From assembly GCA_040223615.1 (NCBI GenBank), contig JAVKFY010000011.1, forward strand, positions 125,169 to 189,168: DNA of 64,000 bases. The letters are read 5' to 3'. This document shows positions 19,987-29,681 of the stretch, piece after piece (the first letter of the stretch is position 1; each line of letters starts with the position of its first letter). The notes below the pieces were generated by a model. It was not told where the DNA came from and did not search any database. It saw nothing but the letters and a program-made list of their open reading frames with translations. The translations under genes were made by a program, and so were the position numbers. The DNA comes from Alphaproteobacteria bacterium. GTDB lineage: Bacteria; Pseudomonadota; Alphaproteobacteria; GCA-2731375.

Positions 19987-20949
19987 ATGCTCACCACCAT
20001 CAATCGCCGTGCCGTCGTCGCCGTACTGGCCGGCGTCGGCGTCCTGGCCGTCGCCGGCGGCGCCATCGCCGAGAGCTATCCGGACAAGCCGATCACCTTC
20101 GTCGTGCCGTGGCCGGCCGGCGGGCGCACCGACATCGTCGGCCGCATCGTCGCCTCGTCGATCGGCTCGGTCCTGGGCCAGCCGGTCGCGGTGGTGAACC
20201 GCACCGGTGGGCGCGGCGCGGTCGGCACCAAGTTCGTGCTCGACGCCCCGAAGGACGGCTACACCGTGCTGGTGACCACGCCGGGCAACCAGATCCTCGG
20301 TCCGGTGCACAATCCGGATATCGGGTTCAAGCCGATGGACTTCCGCGGCATCGGCCGCGTCGCCTCGGGCGCGGTGGTGCTGGCAGCCGGCGCCGACCAG
20401 CCGTTCAAGACGGCCAAGGAGATGCTGGACTACGCCAAGGCACATCCGGGCGAACTCAGCTATTCCGGCGTGAAGAACGTGCTGCCGTGGCTGGCGGCGG
20501 AGTCGCTGGCCAAGAATGCCGGCGTGTCGTTCAAGCACGTGCCGTCGAAGGGCGACGCCGACGCGGTGCCGATGGCGCTGGGCGGCCACGTCAACATGGT
20601 CTCCTCGTCGTCGGTGAACGCCATCGCGCCGCACCTGGGCGGTGGCAAGATCACGCCGCTGGTGGTGTTCGCCGACGAACGTCTGGCCGAGCTGCCGGAC
20701 ACCCCAACCGCCAAGGAGCTGGGCTACGACATCACCGCCAGCCCTTGGACCGGCCTCGCGGTGGCCAAGGGCGTGCCGGAGGATCGCATCGAGATCCTGC
20801 GCAAGGCGCTGAAGCAGGTGATCGAGGACAAGACCTTCCTCAACTTCGCCAGCCAGTCGAAGACGCTGGTGTCCTATGCCGACGGCGCCGCCTTCGAGCA
20901 GCAGTGGGCCAGCGAATACGGCAACTTCTCGGCTGTCGTCGGCAAGTAG
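19987..20949 (+). CDS. tctC: tripartite tricarboxylate transporter substrate-binding protein
   Basis: MLTTINRRAVVAVLAGVGVLAVAGGAIA signal peptide then Bug/TctC family fold; AAAGGGAGG RBS. Confidence 0.9.
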   Translation: MLTTINRRAVVAVLAGVGVLAVAGGAIAESYPDKPITFVVPWPAGGRTDIVGRIVASSIGSVLGQPVAVVNRTGGRGAVGTKFVLDAPKDGYTVLVTTPGNQILGPVHNPDIGFKPMDFRGIGRVASGAVVLAAGADQPFKTAKEMLDYAKAHPGELSYSGVKNVLPWLAAESLAKNAGVSFKHVPSKGDADAVPMALGGHVNMVSSSSVNAIAPHLGGGKITPLVVFADERLAELPDTPTAKELGYDITASPWTGLAVAKGVPEDRIEILRKALKQVIEDKTFLNFASQSKTLVSYADGAAFEQQWASEYGNFSAVVGK

Positions 20950-20964
20950 CCGACGACCCGGCCG

Positions 20965-21432
20965 GTGACCCAGGCGACGCGCGACCTGAGCGCGGGGTTG
21001 CTGCTGGCGGCGCTCGGATGCGCGTTGCTGGCGGCGATCCCGAGCCAGGTCGGCATGGGCGACGGCGGCTGGTTCTCGCCGGCCTTCATGCCGGCGGTGA
21101 TCGGCATTGTCATCGTCGCGCTGGCCCTGTTGCTGGCCGTACAAGGCTGGCTGCGGCGGCACCAAGAAGTCGTGGCGCGGGTCGAAGGCCGCGGGCGGGC
21201 GTGGCTGGCGATCTGCGCCGTCGTTGCGATCATCGCCGGTCAGGCCGCGTTGATGACATACGCCGGCTACATCGCCACCGGCGCGGTGGCGGTGGTGTTG
21301 CTGGCGCTGACCTATGGGCATCGGCGCTGGTGGCATCTAGTGTTGCTCGCAGTCGTGGTGCCGCCAGCGCTGCAACTCTTCTTCCGCTACACCATGCTGG
21401 TGCTGCTGCCGCAGGGCAGCTGGCTGGGCTAG
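20965..21432 (+). CDS. tctB: tripartite tricarboxylate transporter small permease
   Basis: 155 aa, 4 TM helices, GTG start. Confidence 0.75.
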   Translation: MTQATRDLSAGLLLAALGCALLAAIPSQVGMGDGGWFSPAFMPAVIGIVIVALALLLAVQGWLRRHQEVVARVEGRGRAWLAICAVVAIIAGQAALMTYAGYIATGAVAVVLLALTYGHRRWWHLVLLAVVVPPALQLFFRYTMLVLLPQGSWLG

Positions 21433-21492
21433 ATCATCTCCCGCTTGCGCGGGAGCGGGCCGGCGCAGACTAGACAGGAAACACACTGGGCC

Positions 21493-22989
21493 ATGGAACA
21501 CCTGGCGGCGGGCCTGGACCTGATCCTGGCATGGCAGAACGTGGCGCTGATGGCGCTGGGGCTGGTGGTCGGCATCGTCATCGGCGCCATTCCCGGGCTC
21601 AATGTGCCGCTGGCGGTCGCGCTGGCCCTGCCGTTCACCTTCCACCTGCCGCCGCTGGCCGGCCTGTCGATGCTGCTCGGCATCTACAAGGGCGGCACCT
21701 ATGGCGGCTCGATCGCGGCCGTGCTGATCAACGTGCCGGGCACGCCGGCGGCGGCCGCCACGGCGATGGACGGCTACAAGCTGGCGCGCGCCGGCAAGGC
21801 CGGCAAGGCACTGAAGACCTCGCTTTACGCCTCGGTGTTCGGCGAGCTTGTCTCCGATATCGTGCTGATCGTGCTGGCCGCTCAGGTCGCCCGGATCGCG
21901 CTCGCCTTCGGGCCGCACGAGTTCTTCGCTCTCGGCCTGTTCTCGCTCACCATCATCGCCCTGGTCTCCGGCAAGAGCCTGACCCGTGGGCTGCTCTCTG
22001 GCGCCGTCGGGGTACTGCTGGCCACCGTCGGGCTGGACCCGCTGGACGGCGAGGTGCGGCTCGCCTTCGGGGTCTACGAGCTGACCGGCGGGCTCAACTT
22101 CATCGCCCTGATCATCGGCGCCTTCGCCATCGCAGAATGTCTGGTGCAGGCGGAGAACCGGGCGCTCGGCAAGCTCGCCGCGCAGGTCCTGTCGATGTCG
22201 GCCGAACGCGCCGACAACCGGGTCAGCGCGGCCGAATTGCGCGCCCTGCTCCCAACCGTGCTGCGCGGCACCGGCATCGGCGTGTTCATCGGAGCGATTC
22301 CCGGCATCGGCGCCGCCATCGCCGCGTTCATGAGCTACGGCTTGGCCAAGCGTCTGTCGAAACAGCCGGAGACGTTCGGCGAGGGTGCGCTGGAGGGCGT
22401 GGCTGCGGCGGAAAGCGCCAACAACGCGGTTACCGGGTCCACGCTGATCCCGCTGCTGACGCTCGGCATCCCCGGCGACGTGATTACCGCGATCATGCTG
22501 GGCGCGCTCACCGTGCACGGCCTGATCCCCGGCCCGACCCTGTTCCAGCAGCAGGGCGACTTCGTCACCGCACTGCTGATCGGCATGCTGATGGTCACCG
22601 GCCTGCACCTGGTGATCGGCCGGCTCGGCCTGCCGCTGTTCATCCACGCGGTGCGGCTGCCGCCCGGCATCCTGTTCCCGCTGGTGGTGATGCTGTGCGT
22701 CACCGGCACCTACGTCGCCACGTCGAACACCTTCGACGTCTTCGTGATGCTGGCCTTCGGGGTGCTGGGCTATGGCATGGTGAAGTTCGACTTTCCGATC
22801 CCGCCGCTGCTGATCGGCTTTATCCTGGGGCCGCTGGTCGAGGTGTCGCTGCGCCAGGCGGTGATCCTGTCGAACAACGGCGCCTGGGATTTCGTCACCC
22901 GCCCGGTCAGCGCCGGGTTCCTGGCGCTGACCGTGATCGTCATCGGCTCGGTGATCCGGCAGCGGTTGAAGCAAGCGAGGCAGACATGA
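21493..22989 (+). CDS. tctA: tripartite tricarboxylate transporter large permease
   Basis: About 498 aa polytopic permease starting MEHLAAGLDLILAWQNV... Confidence 0.88.
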   Translation: MEHLAAGLDLILAWQNVALMALGLVVGIVIGAIPGLNVPLAVALALPFTFHLPPLAGLSMLLGIYKGGTYGGSIAAVLINVPGTPAAAATAMDGYKLARAGKAGKALKTSLYASVFGELVSDIVLIVLAAQVARIALAFGPHEFFALGLFSLTIIALVSGKSLTRGLLSGAVGVLLATVGLDPLDGEVRLAFGVYELTGGLNFIALIIGAFAIAECLVQAENRALGKLAAQVLSMSAERADNRVSAAELRALLPTVLRGTGIGVFIGAIPGIGAAIAAFMSYGLAKRLSKQPETFGEGALEGVAAAESANNAVTGSTLIPLLTLGIPGDVITAIMLGALTVHGLIPGPTLFQQQGDFVTALLIGMLMVTGLHLVIGRLGLPLFIHAVRLPPGILFPLVVMLCVTGTYVATSNTFDVFVMLAFGVLGYGMVKFDFPIPPLLIGFILGPLVEVSLRQAVILSNNGAWDFVTRPVSAGFLALTVIVIGSVIRQRLKQARQT

Positions 22990-24116
22990 AGATCGAACGC
23001 ATCGAGCTGTTTCCGGTGGTGCTGCCGCTGCGCGCGGTGCTGACCCTGCCGCGTGGCGCCAGCCGGACGCTGGCCGAGGGCAAGCAGGTGATCCTGGTGA
23101 AGATGACCGGCGACGACGGCACCGTCGGCTGGGGCGAGGCCGGGCCGAGCCGGCGCTGGTCGGCGGAGACCACGCATTCGACCTACACCAGCATCAAGCA
23201 TTACCTGGCACCGGTGCTGATCGGGCGCGACCCGTTCGACATCGCCGGCCTGCACGAGGCGATGAATACCGAGCTGGCGCCGGGGCTCGATCCCGGCCAA
23301 CCCGTTGCGAAAGCGGCGCTCGACATGGCGGCGCACGACCTAATCTGCAAGAAGCTCGGCATCAACCTGCAGACCTGGCTCGGCGCCAAGGCACGCGACC
23401 GGATCGCGCTCTCCTACCTCGTCTCCGCGCCGACACCGGACAAGATCTCGGAAGTCGTCGCCAAGGGCCTGGCGGAAGGCTTCCGCGCCTTCAAGGTCAA
23501 GGTCGGCCACGACCTCAGCCTCGACATCGACAACGTCAAGGCGGCGCTGGCCGCCGCGCCAGGCTGTGTGGTGTGGCCGGATGCCAACCAGGGCTACACG
23601 CTGGACCAGGGATTGCGCGCGGCGCGCGCCTTCGAGGCGCTCGGCATCGAGCTGTTCGAGCAGCCGATCCCGATGACCGACGTTTACGGCATGCGCAAGC
23701 TGCTCGCCGCGACGACGATGAACATTGCGCTCGACGAGGCCGCGATGGGCCTGCCCTACGTCATCGAGCTGATCCGGCGCGAGGCAGTCGAGGGCCTGGT
23801 GGTGAAGGTCAACAAGGTCGGCGGCATCCACTATGCGCGCCAGCTCTGCGACCTGGCGCGCAATGCCGGCTTCAGCCTGATCGGCTCCGGCCTGATGGAC
23901 GCACCACTAGGCTTCGCCGCCTCGGTGCACCTGTTCGCCGCCTACGGCATCGACTTCCCGGTCGACCTCAACGGGCCGCAGCACCTGTCCGGCGACTATC
24001 TCGCCGAGCCGCTGCCGATGGACGGGCAGGACGCGCTGGTACCGACAGTGCCGGGCCTGGGATGCGTCGTGGACGAGGAACGGATCGCCGGGGAGTTGCG
24101 TTTGGACCTGGCATGA
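22986..24116 (+). CDS. enolase-superfamily enzyme (mandelate racemase / muconate lactonizing enzyme family)
   Basis: 376 aa; MKIERIELFPVVLPL...KVKVG...WPDANQGY...ALDEA; start overlaps tctA stop (ATGA). Confidence 0.85.
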   Translation: MKIERIELFPVVLPLRAVLTLPRGASRTLAEGKQVILVKMTGDDGTVGWGEAGPSRRWSAETTHSTYTSIKHYLAPVLIGRDPFDIAGLHEAMNTELAPGLDPGQPVAKAALDMAAHDLICKKLGINLQTWLGAKARDRIALSYLVSAPTPDKISEVVAKGLAEGFRAFKVKVGHDLSLDIDNVKAALAAAPGCVVWPDANQGYTLDQGLRAARAFEALGIELFEQPIPMTDVYGMRKLLAATTMNIALDEAAMGLPYVIELIRREAVEGLVVKVNKVGGIHYARQLCDLARNAGFSLIGSGLMDAPLGFAASVHLFAAYGIDFPVDLNGPQHLSGDYLAEPLPMDGQDALVPTVPGLGCVVDEERIAGELRLDLA

Positions 24117-25480
24117 ACCGGGCACCGATTTCGACGAGATCCGCGGCCTCGCGACTGGCCGGCTGGCTCGTCGCGATCGCCCTGGTGTTCAGCGCCGGAT
24201 TCGCGGCCGCGCAGGACGCCGGTGACGCCAAGCCCGCCAGCACCATCGACGTCAAATCCGACGCCGACACCGACGCCAGCATCGCCCTGCGGCTCGGCGG
24301 CATCTATGACGCGCTCAGCGCCTTTCGCGGCGTCGAGATCGAGGTCGATGCCGGCGTGGTCAGCCTGAGCGGCACCGTGGCCGACTCCGCCTCGGTCGAA
24401 GAAGCCGCGGAGCTGGCACAGCGGGTCCAGGGCGTGGTGGCGGTGCGCAACGACATCGCGGTGGATGCCTCGCTTGGCGACCAGCTGACCCCTGCCTACG
24501 AACGTCTGACGGAGCGACTGCAGCTGATGGTCGGCCTGCTGCCGCTGATCGCGGTGGCACTCATCGTGTTCGTTGTCTTCCTGATCGTCGGCCTGTGGGC
24601 GGCGCGAAGCTGGGCCTTGTGGGACCGGATCGCGCCAAACGCTTTCGTCGGCGACCTGATCCGGCAGATCGTACGCATCGCCTTCATCGTCGGCGGCGCG
24701 GTGGTGGCGCTCGACATCCTGAGCGCCACCGCCTTGCTCGGCACGTTGCTGGGTACCGCCGGACTGGTCGGGCTGGCCGTCGGCTTCGCGGTCCGCGACA
24801 CCATCGAGAACTACATCGCCTCGATCCTGCTCTCGATCCGGCAGCCGTTCCGGCCCAACGACCACGTCCGGATCGAAGGCTTCGAAGGCCACGTGATCCG
24901 GCTGACGTCGCGCGCCACGATCATCATGACACTGGACGGCAACCACGTACGCATCCCCAACGCGACAGTGTTCAAGGGCGTGGTGGAGAATTTCAGCGCC
25001 AATCCGGAACGGCGCTTCGAGTTCGTGCTCGGTATCGATGCCGACGCCAGCCTGCGCGACGCGCTCGACCTCGGACTGGCGACGCTGGACCAAATCGACT
25101 TCGTGCTGAAGGAGCCCGAGCCGGTCGGCCTCGTACAGGATGTCGGCGACTCCAATGTGCTGCTGTGGTTCTCCGGCTGGATCGACCAGCGCGCCACCGA
25201 TTTCGGCAAGGCACGCGGCGAGTCGATCCGGCTGACCAAGCGGGCGCTGGAGAATGCCGGCTTCGGCCTGCCGGAACCGATCTACCGGCTGCGCATGGAA
25301 GGCACGCCGGCGACCCTGTCGACCACGCCACCAGCCAGACCGACAGCGCCGGAACCGCCGGCCGACAGCGCCGAAGCGGGCGACGCCTCGATCGAGAACG
25401 CGGTCGCCGAAAAGGTTGCCGAGGAACGCGCGCGCGGCGGCGAGGACGACCTGCTCGACCCGACGCGGCCGACCGAGTGA
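24113..25480 (+). CDS. mechanosensitive channel, MscS family, with N-terminal signal peptide and BON domain
   Basis: Signal peptide, BON-like block (GVVSLSGTVADSASVEEAAELAQRVQGVVAVRNDIAV), TM helices and MscS beta domain; start overlaps upstream stop (ATGA). Confidence 0.8.
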   Translation: MNRAPISTRSAASRLAGWLVAIALVFSAGFAAAQDAGDAKPASTIDVKSDADTDASIALRLGGIYDALSAFRGVEIEVDAGVVSLSGTVADSASVEEAAELAQRVQGVVAVRNDIAVDASLGDQLTPAYERLTERLQLMVGLLPLIAVALIVFVVFLIVGLWAARSWALWDRIAPNAFVGDLIRQIVRIAFIVGGAVVALDILSATALLGTLLGTAGLVGLAVGFAVRDTIENYIASILLSIRQPFRPNDHVRIEGFEGHVIRLTSRATIIMTLDGNHVRIPNATVFKGVVENFSANPERRFEFVLGIDADASLRDALDLGLATLDQIDFVLKEPEPVGLVQDVGDSNVLLWFSGWIDQRATDFGKARGESIRLTKRALENAGFGLPEPIYRLRMEGTPATLSTTPPARPTAPEPPADSAEAGDASIENAVAEKVAEERARGGEDDLLDPTRPTE

Positions 25481-25557
25481 GTTAGAACGGCTTCACGCTG
25501 ACCGGCTACGGCGCACGTCAACCCGGGATAGTCGTTGTCGTCTAGATCGTCGCCGCT

Positions 25558-27855
25558 CTAGCCGCGCAGTGCGCGCCAGACCCGTTCCGGGGTCGCCGGC
25601 ATCTGGATCTCGGCGCCGTTCAGCGCGTCGCGGATCGCGTTCATGATCGCGGCCGGCGCGCCGGACGTCGCGTTCTCGCCGGCGCCCTTCACGCCAACGG
25701 GGTTGTCGGTCTCGATCACCTCGTTGGTGGCGATGGCGAAGTCCGGCAGGTCGTCGGCGCGCGGCATGGTGTAGTCCATGAAGCTGCCCGACAGGGTCTG
25801 GCCGCTGCCAGGGTCGTAGACCACGTCCTCAAGCAGCGCCTGGCCGATGCCCTGGGCGGCGCCGCCGTGCATCTGGCCATCGACGATCATCGGGTTCACC
25901 ACCCGGCCGACGTCGGCGACGATCGAATAGCGATCCAGGCGGACCTGGCCGGTGGCGGGATCGATCTCGACCTCGGCGACGTGGCAGCCGTTGGAGTGCG
26001 CCTCGCGCTCGGTCAGGAAGTCGTGCTGCGCCGCCAGCCTCTTGCCCTGTCCGGCGGCGAAGCTCGCGACCTCGGCCAGGGTAGCGGCGCGGTCGGTGCC
26101 CTGGATGGTGAAGCTGCCCCCGGTATAGGCGATGTCGGCGGCCGCCGCCTCCAGCAGTTCGGCGGCCAGCTCGGTGCCGAGCTTGACCATGTCGCGGGCG
26201 CCGAACACCACCGCGGCACCGCCGATGCGCGCGGAGCGCGAGCCGTGCGAGCCGGAGCCGCGCGCGACCCGGTCGGTGTCGCCATAGGCAACCTTGATCG
26301 CCTCGAACGGCACACCGAGCTCGTCGGACAGGATCTGCGCGTACATCGTCGCGTGGCCCATGCCGAAATCCTGGGTCCCGGCGAGCAGGGTGATGGTGCC
26401 GTCGTCCTCGGCGACGACCTCGGCGAACTCGCCCGGCGCGCCGCCGTCATTCTCGATGAACAGCGACACGCCGATGCCGCGCTTCAAGCCCTTCTCCTCC
26501 GAGGCTTCGCGACGCGCCGCGAAGTGATCCCATTCGCCAAGGTCCAGGGCCCGGGCCAGGTTGGCGGTGAACTGGCCGGAGTGATAGACGGCGCCGCCCG
26601 GCGCGGTCCACGGCATCTCGGCAGGCGTCACCAGGTTGCGCCGGCGCAGCTCGATACGGTCGTGGCCGGTCTCGCGCGCGGCCTGGTCGATCAGGCTCTC
26701 GATCAGGTAGTTGGTCTCGACCCGGCCAATGCCGCGATAGGCGGCCTGCGGCGTGGTGTTGGTGAACAGCGAGCGAATAGAGATGTCGGCGGCGGGAATG
26801 CGGTAGACGCCGCCGATGGTCGGCGGCAGGAAGTTGATGATGACCCAGATGTTGCGGCTGGGGATGTAGGCGCCGTGGCGCCAGTCGATGTTGGCGCGCA
26901 CCGCCAGGAAGTTGCCGTCGGCGTCGAGTGCCAGTTCGGCGCGCATCACGTGGTCGCGCGACTGGTTGTCGGCCAGGAAACTCTCGGCCCGGTCGGCGGT
27001 CCACTTCACCGGCCGGCCCAGCAGCCTGGCCGCCGCCAGCGTGAGCGCGAATTCCGGATACACCCCGCCGCGCGCACCGAAGCCGCCGCCGGTGTCCGGC
27101 ACCACCACGCGCAGGTTCTCCATCGGCATGTCGAACATCGCCGCCAGGCCGGCACGCATGCCGTGCGCGCCCTGACAGCCGACGTGCATGGTGACGTGGT
27201 CGTCGCCGTCGGGCTCGGCCAGGCAGGCGCGTGGCTCCATGAAGGCGATGACGACGCGATTGTTGACCAGGGTCATGGACGTGACGTGCGCTGCCTGCTC
27301 GAACGCCTGCTTCGCCGCCGCTGCGTCGCCGCCGGCCCAGTCCAGCGACACGTTGTCGGGCGCGGCGTCCCACAGCGGCGCCTCGGCGGCCAGCGCCTGC
27401 TCGATGGTGACCGCCGCCGATAGTTCGTCGTAGTCGACCTCGACGGCCTGTGCCGCGTCGCGCGCCTGTTCCAGCGTGTCGGCGACGACGAAGGCGACCG
27501 GCTCGCCGAGATAGCGCACCCGGTCGGTCGCCAGCGGATACTGCGAGGCGTCGGTCGCCGGCTCGCCGTCGCGGCCGCGCACGTCGAACGGCGGTTCCGT
27601 GGTCAGCGACGGGATCGGATGCTTGATCACGTCGCGCAGGTCGGCTGCGGCGTAAACCGCGCGCACGCCCGCCATCGCCCGCGCCGCGCCGGTGTCGATG
27701 GCGCGGATCGTGGCGTGCGGATGCGGCGAACGCACCACGATCGCAGTCAGTTGGCCGTCGCGGGTCAGATCGTCGCTGAACTGGCTGGCGCCAGTCAGAA
27801 AGCGGCGATCCTCGACCCGCGGGACCGACGCGCCAATACCCTTGTGCTCTGTCAT
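25558..27855 (-). CDS. xanthine dehydrogenase / aldehyde oxidase / CoxL-family molybdopterin-binding subunit
   Basis: 765 aa from MTEHKGIGASVPRVEDRRFLTG (a/b-hammerhead then MoCo domains); GAGGG RBS; upstream 154 aa of track ORF is artefact. Confidence 0.88.
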   Translation of the reverse strand: MTEHKGIGASVPRVEDRRFLTGASQFSDDLTRDGQLTAIVVRSPHPHATIRAIDTGAARAMAGVRAVYAAADLRDVIKHPIPSLTTEPPFDVRGRDGEPATDASQYPLATDRVRYLGEPVAFVVADTLEQARDAAQAVEVDYDELSAAVTIEQALAAEAPLWDAAPDNVSLDWAGGDAAAAKQAFEQAAHVTSMTLVNNRVVIAFMEPRACLAEPDGDDHVTMHVGCQGAHGMRAGLAAMFDMPMENLRVVVPDTGGGFGARGGVYPEFALTLAAARLLGRPVKWTADRAESFLADNQSRDHVMRAELALDADGNFLAVRANIDWRHGAYIPSRNIWVIINFLPPTIGGVYRIPAADISIRSLFTNTTPQAAYRGIGRVETNYLIESLIDQAARETGHDRIELRRRNLVTPAEMPWTAPGGAVYHSGQFTANLARALDLGEWDHFAARREASEEKGLKRGIGVSLFIENDGGAPGEFAEVVAEDDGTITLLAGTQDFGMGHATMYAQILSDELGVPFEAIKVAYGDTDRVARGSGSHGSRSARIGGAAVVFGARDMVKLGTELAAELLEAAAADIAYTGGSFTIQGTDRAATLAEVASFAAGQGKRLAAQHDFLTEREAHSNGCHVAEVEIDPATGQVRLDRYSIVADVGRVVNPMIVDGQMHGGAAQGIGQALLEDVVYDPGSGQTLSGSFMDYTMPRADDLPDFAIATNEVIETDNPVGVKGAGENATSGAPAAIMNAIRDALNGAEIQMPATPERVWRALRG

Positions 27856-28122
27856 CTGATTGCCCTCTTCCGCGCGCATGATGCCGTTCGCAGGGGGCAA
27901 CGCCAAGCACCGGCTTGCTTGACACGTACCGGCGCCCGTGCGATGCGACCACAGGTTTTGTCCGCGAATGCGCGACGGACGGCGACATGCCGATTCCCTC
28001 CCGGGCCAGGCCGTTTGAAATCGTTCGCGCCGCAATCGCGCGTGGCGGCGAACACAAGGGCACCACGACACGACGACCGCCGAGAAGGGCTGACGCGTGG
28101 GTGCGATAGGCAGAATTACAGT

Positions 28123-29337
28123 TTGACCGACACGACGTTTACCGGCCTCGGCCTCGCCGAGCCGTTGATACGTGCACTGAACCAGGCACGCTTCACCCAA
28201 CCGACTCCCATTCAAGCCAAGGCGATCGGACCGATCCTGCAGGGTCGCGACCTGCTCGGCCTGGCACAGACCGGCACCGGCAAGACCGCGGCCTTCGCGC
28301 TGCCGTTGCTGCATCACCTCGCCGCCGATACCGCGCCCCTGGCCAAGCGGTCGGTGCGGGCGCTGATCCTGGCGCCGACGCGCGAACTGGCGCTACAGAT
28401 CCAGGCCGAGATCAAGATGCTGTCGGCGCACCTGAAGCTGCGCAGCGTCACCGTCATGGGCGGCGTCGGCCGCCAGCCGCAGGTGCGCGCGGTGGCGCGC
28501 GGGGCCGACATCATGGTCGGCACGCCTGGCCGGGTGCTCGACCTGTTGCAGGCCGGCGACATGCGCCTCGACACGTTGACCCACTTCGTGCTCGACGAGG
28601 CCGACCGGATGCTCGACTTCGGCTTCATCCGCGACATCCGCAAGATCGTCGAGCGGCTGCCGGAGAAGCGCCAGTCGCTGCTGTTCTCGGCCACCATGCC
28701 GGACGACGTCGCCAAGCTGGCGGCGACGATCCTGGACCGGCCGGAGCGGGTCGAGGCTGGCCGCGACAAGATGATTGCGCCCGAGCGTATCGACCAGCAG
28801 GTGCATTTCGTCGCCCAGGGCGACAAGCGCGCGCTGCTCAACCAGTTGCTGGCCGATGGCCAGGTGGCGCGGGCGATCGTGTTCACCCGCACCAAGCACG
28901 GCGCCAACCGCGTCGCCAAGCACCTGATGACCGACGGCACCGAGGCGGACGCGATCCACGGCAACAAGAGCCAGTCGGCGCGGCAGACCGCGCTGGCCCG
29001 GTTCCGCGACGGCCGCGCCCGGGTGCTGGTCGCCACCGACATCGCCGCGCGCGGCATCGACGTGGCCGGCATCAGCCACGTGTTCAACTTCGACCTGCCG
29101 AATGTCCCGGAAAGCTACGTGCACCGCATTGGGCGGACCGCGCGCGCCGGGGCCAGCGGCACGGCGGTGTCGTTCTGCGACGCCAGCGAGGTCGAGTATC
29201 TGCGCGACATCGAAAAACTGACCGGCCATCGGTTGCAGGTCATCGGCGGCGGCGCCCCGGACACCGTCGCGACCAAGGCGCCGAAGAAGCCTCGACGGAA
29301 CAGAAACCGCGGCCGGCGGTTCCAGAAAGCGGCCTGA
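28123..29337 (+). CDS. DEAD-box ATP-dependent RNA helicase (RhlE-like)
   Basis: Q-motif, AQTGTGKTAAF, DEAD, SAT, HRIGRTARAG; start assigned to in-frame TTG (no ATG upstream), so start is uncertain. Confidence 0.85.
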   Translation: MTDTTFTGLGLAEPLIRALNQARFTQPTPIQAKAIGPILQGRDLLGLAQTGTGKTAAFALPLLHHLAADTAPLAKRSVRALILAPTRELALQIQAEIKMLSAHLKLRSVTVMGGVGRQPQVRAVARGADIMVGTPGRVLDLLQAGDMRLDTLTHFVLDEADRMLDFGFIRDIRKIVERLPEKRQSLLFSATMPDDVAKLAATILDRPERVEAGRDKMIAPERIDQQVHFVAQGDKRALLNQLLADGQVARAIVFTRTKHGANRVAKHLMTDGTEADAIHGNKSQSARQTALARFRDGRARVLVATDIAARGIDVAGISHVFNFDLPNVPESYVHRIGRTARAGASGTAVSFCDASEVEYLRDIEKLTGHRLQVIGGGAPDTVATKAPKKPRRNRNRGRRFQKAA

Positions 29338-29403
29338 GCATTGGCCGCCGAAGCGTAATATGCGTAATCGGCATCAACCACTTCGCCAAAGGAGACTTTC
29401 GAC

Positions 29404-29613
29404 ATGGCGACCGGTACCGTGAAATGGTTCAACGCAACCAAGGGTTTCGGCTTCATCGAACCGGATGAAGGCGGCAAGGACGTGTTCGTGCACATCAGCG
29501 CCGTCGAACGCGCGGGGATGAGCAACCCGAACGAGGGTGACAAGATTGCTTTCGATCTGCACCGCGACCCGAAAAAAGGCCGCGTTTCGGCCGAGAATCT
29601 GCGCAAACTGTAG
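29404..29613 (+). CDS. cspA: cold-shock protein (CspA family)
   Basis: 69 aa; [34 protein letters not shown]. Confidence 0.93.
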   Translation: MATGTVKWFNATKGFGFIEPDEGGKDVFVHISAVERAGMSNPNEGDKIAFDLHRDPKKGRVSAENLRKL

Positions 29614-29620
29614 CGCACAC

Positions 29621-29655
29621 GCGCTGGAATCCGACGGCGGCGCGCCGTCGTCGGT
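29621..29655 (+). terminator. intrinsic terminator after cspA
   Basis: GACGGCG-GCG-CGCCGTC hairpin followed by TCGGTTTCC. Confidence 0.5.
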
Positions 29656-29681
29656 TTCCGTCCACCTGATGGAGAATGCCG

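Noticed and set aside
17639-20949. 765-aa (minus) and 1076-aa (plus) ORFs across the isomerase, PHP and tctC region
   Set aside because: Same artefact. Only the C-terminal 320 aa of the plus ORF (TctC) has protein-like composition and an RBS. The remainder is R/G/P-rich.
21337-24116. 545-aa minus ORF and 861-aa plus ORF over tctA and the enolase gene
   Set aside because: Overlap the convincing TctA and enolase frames. The 861-aa frame only becomes protein-like at MKIERIEL (22986).
27856-28122. TTGACA-N17-GATGCG promoter-like sequence in the XDH and helicase divergent region
   Set aside because: The -10 element is poor. Alphaproteobacterial promoters are hard to call by eye, so it is not reported as a feature.
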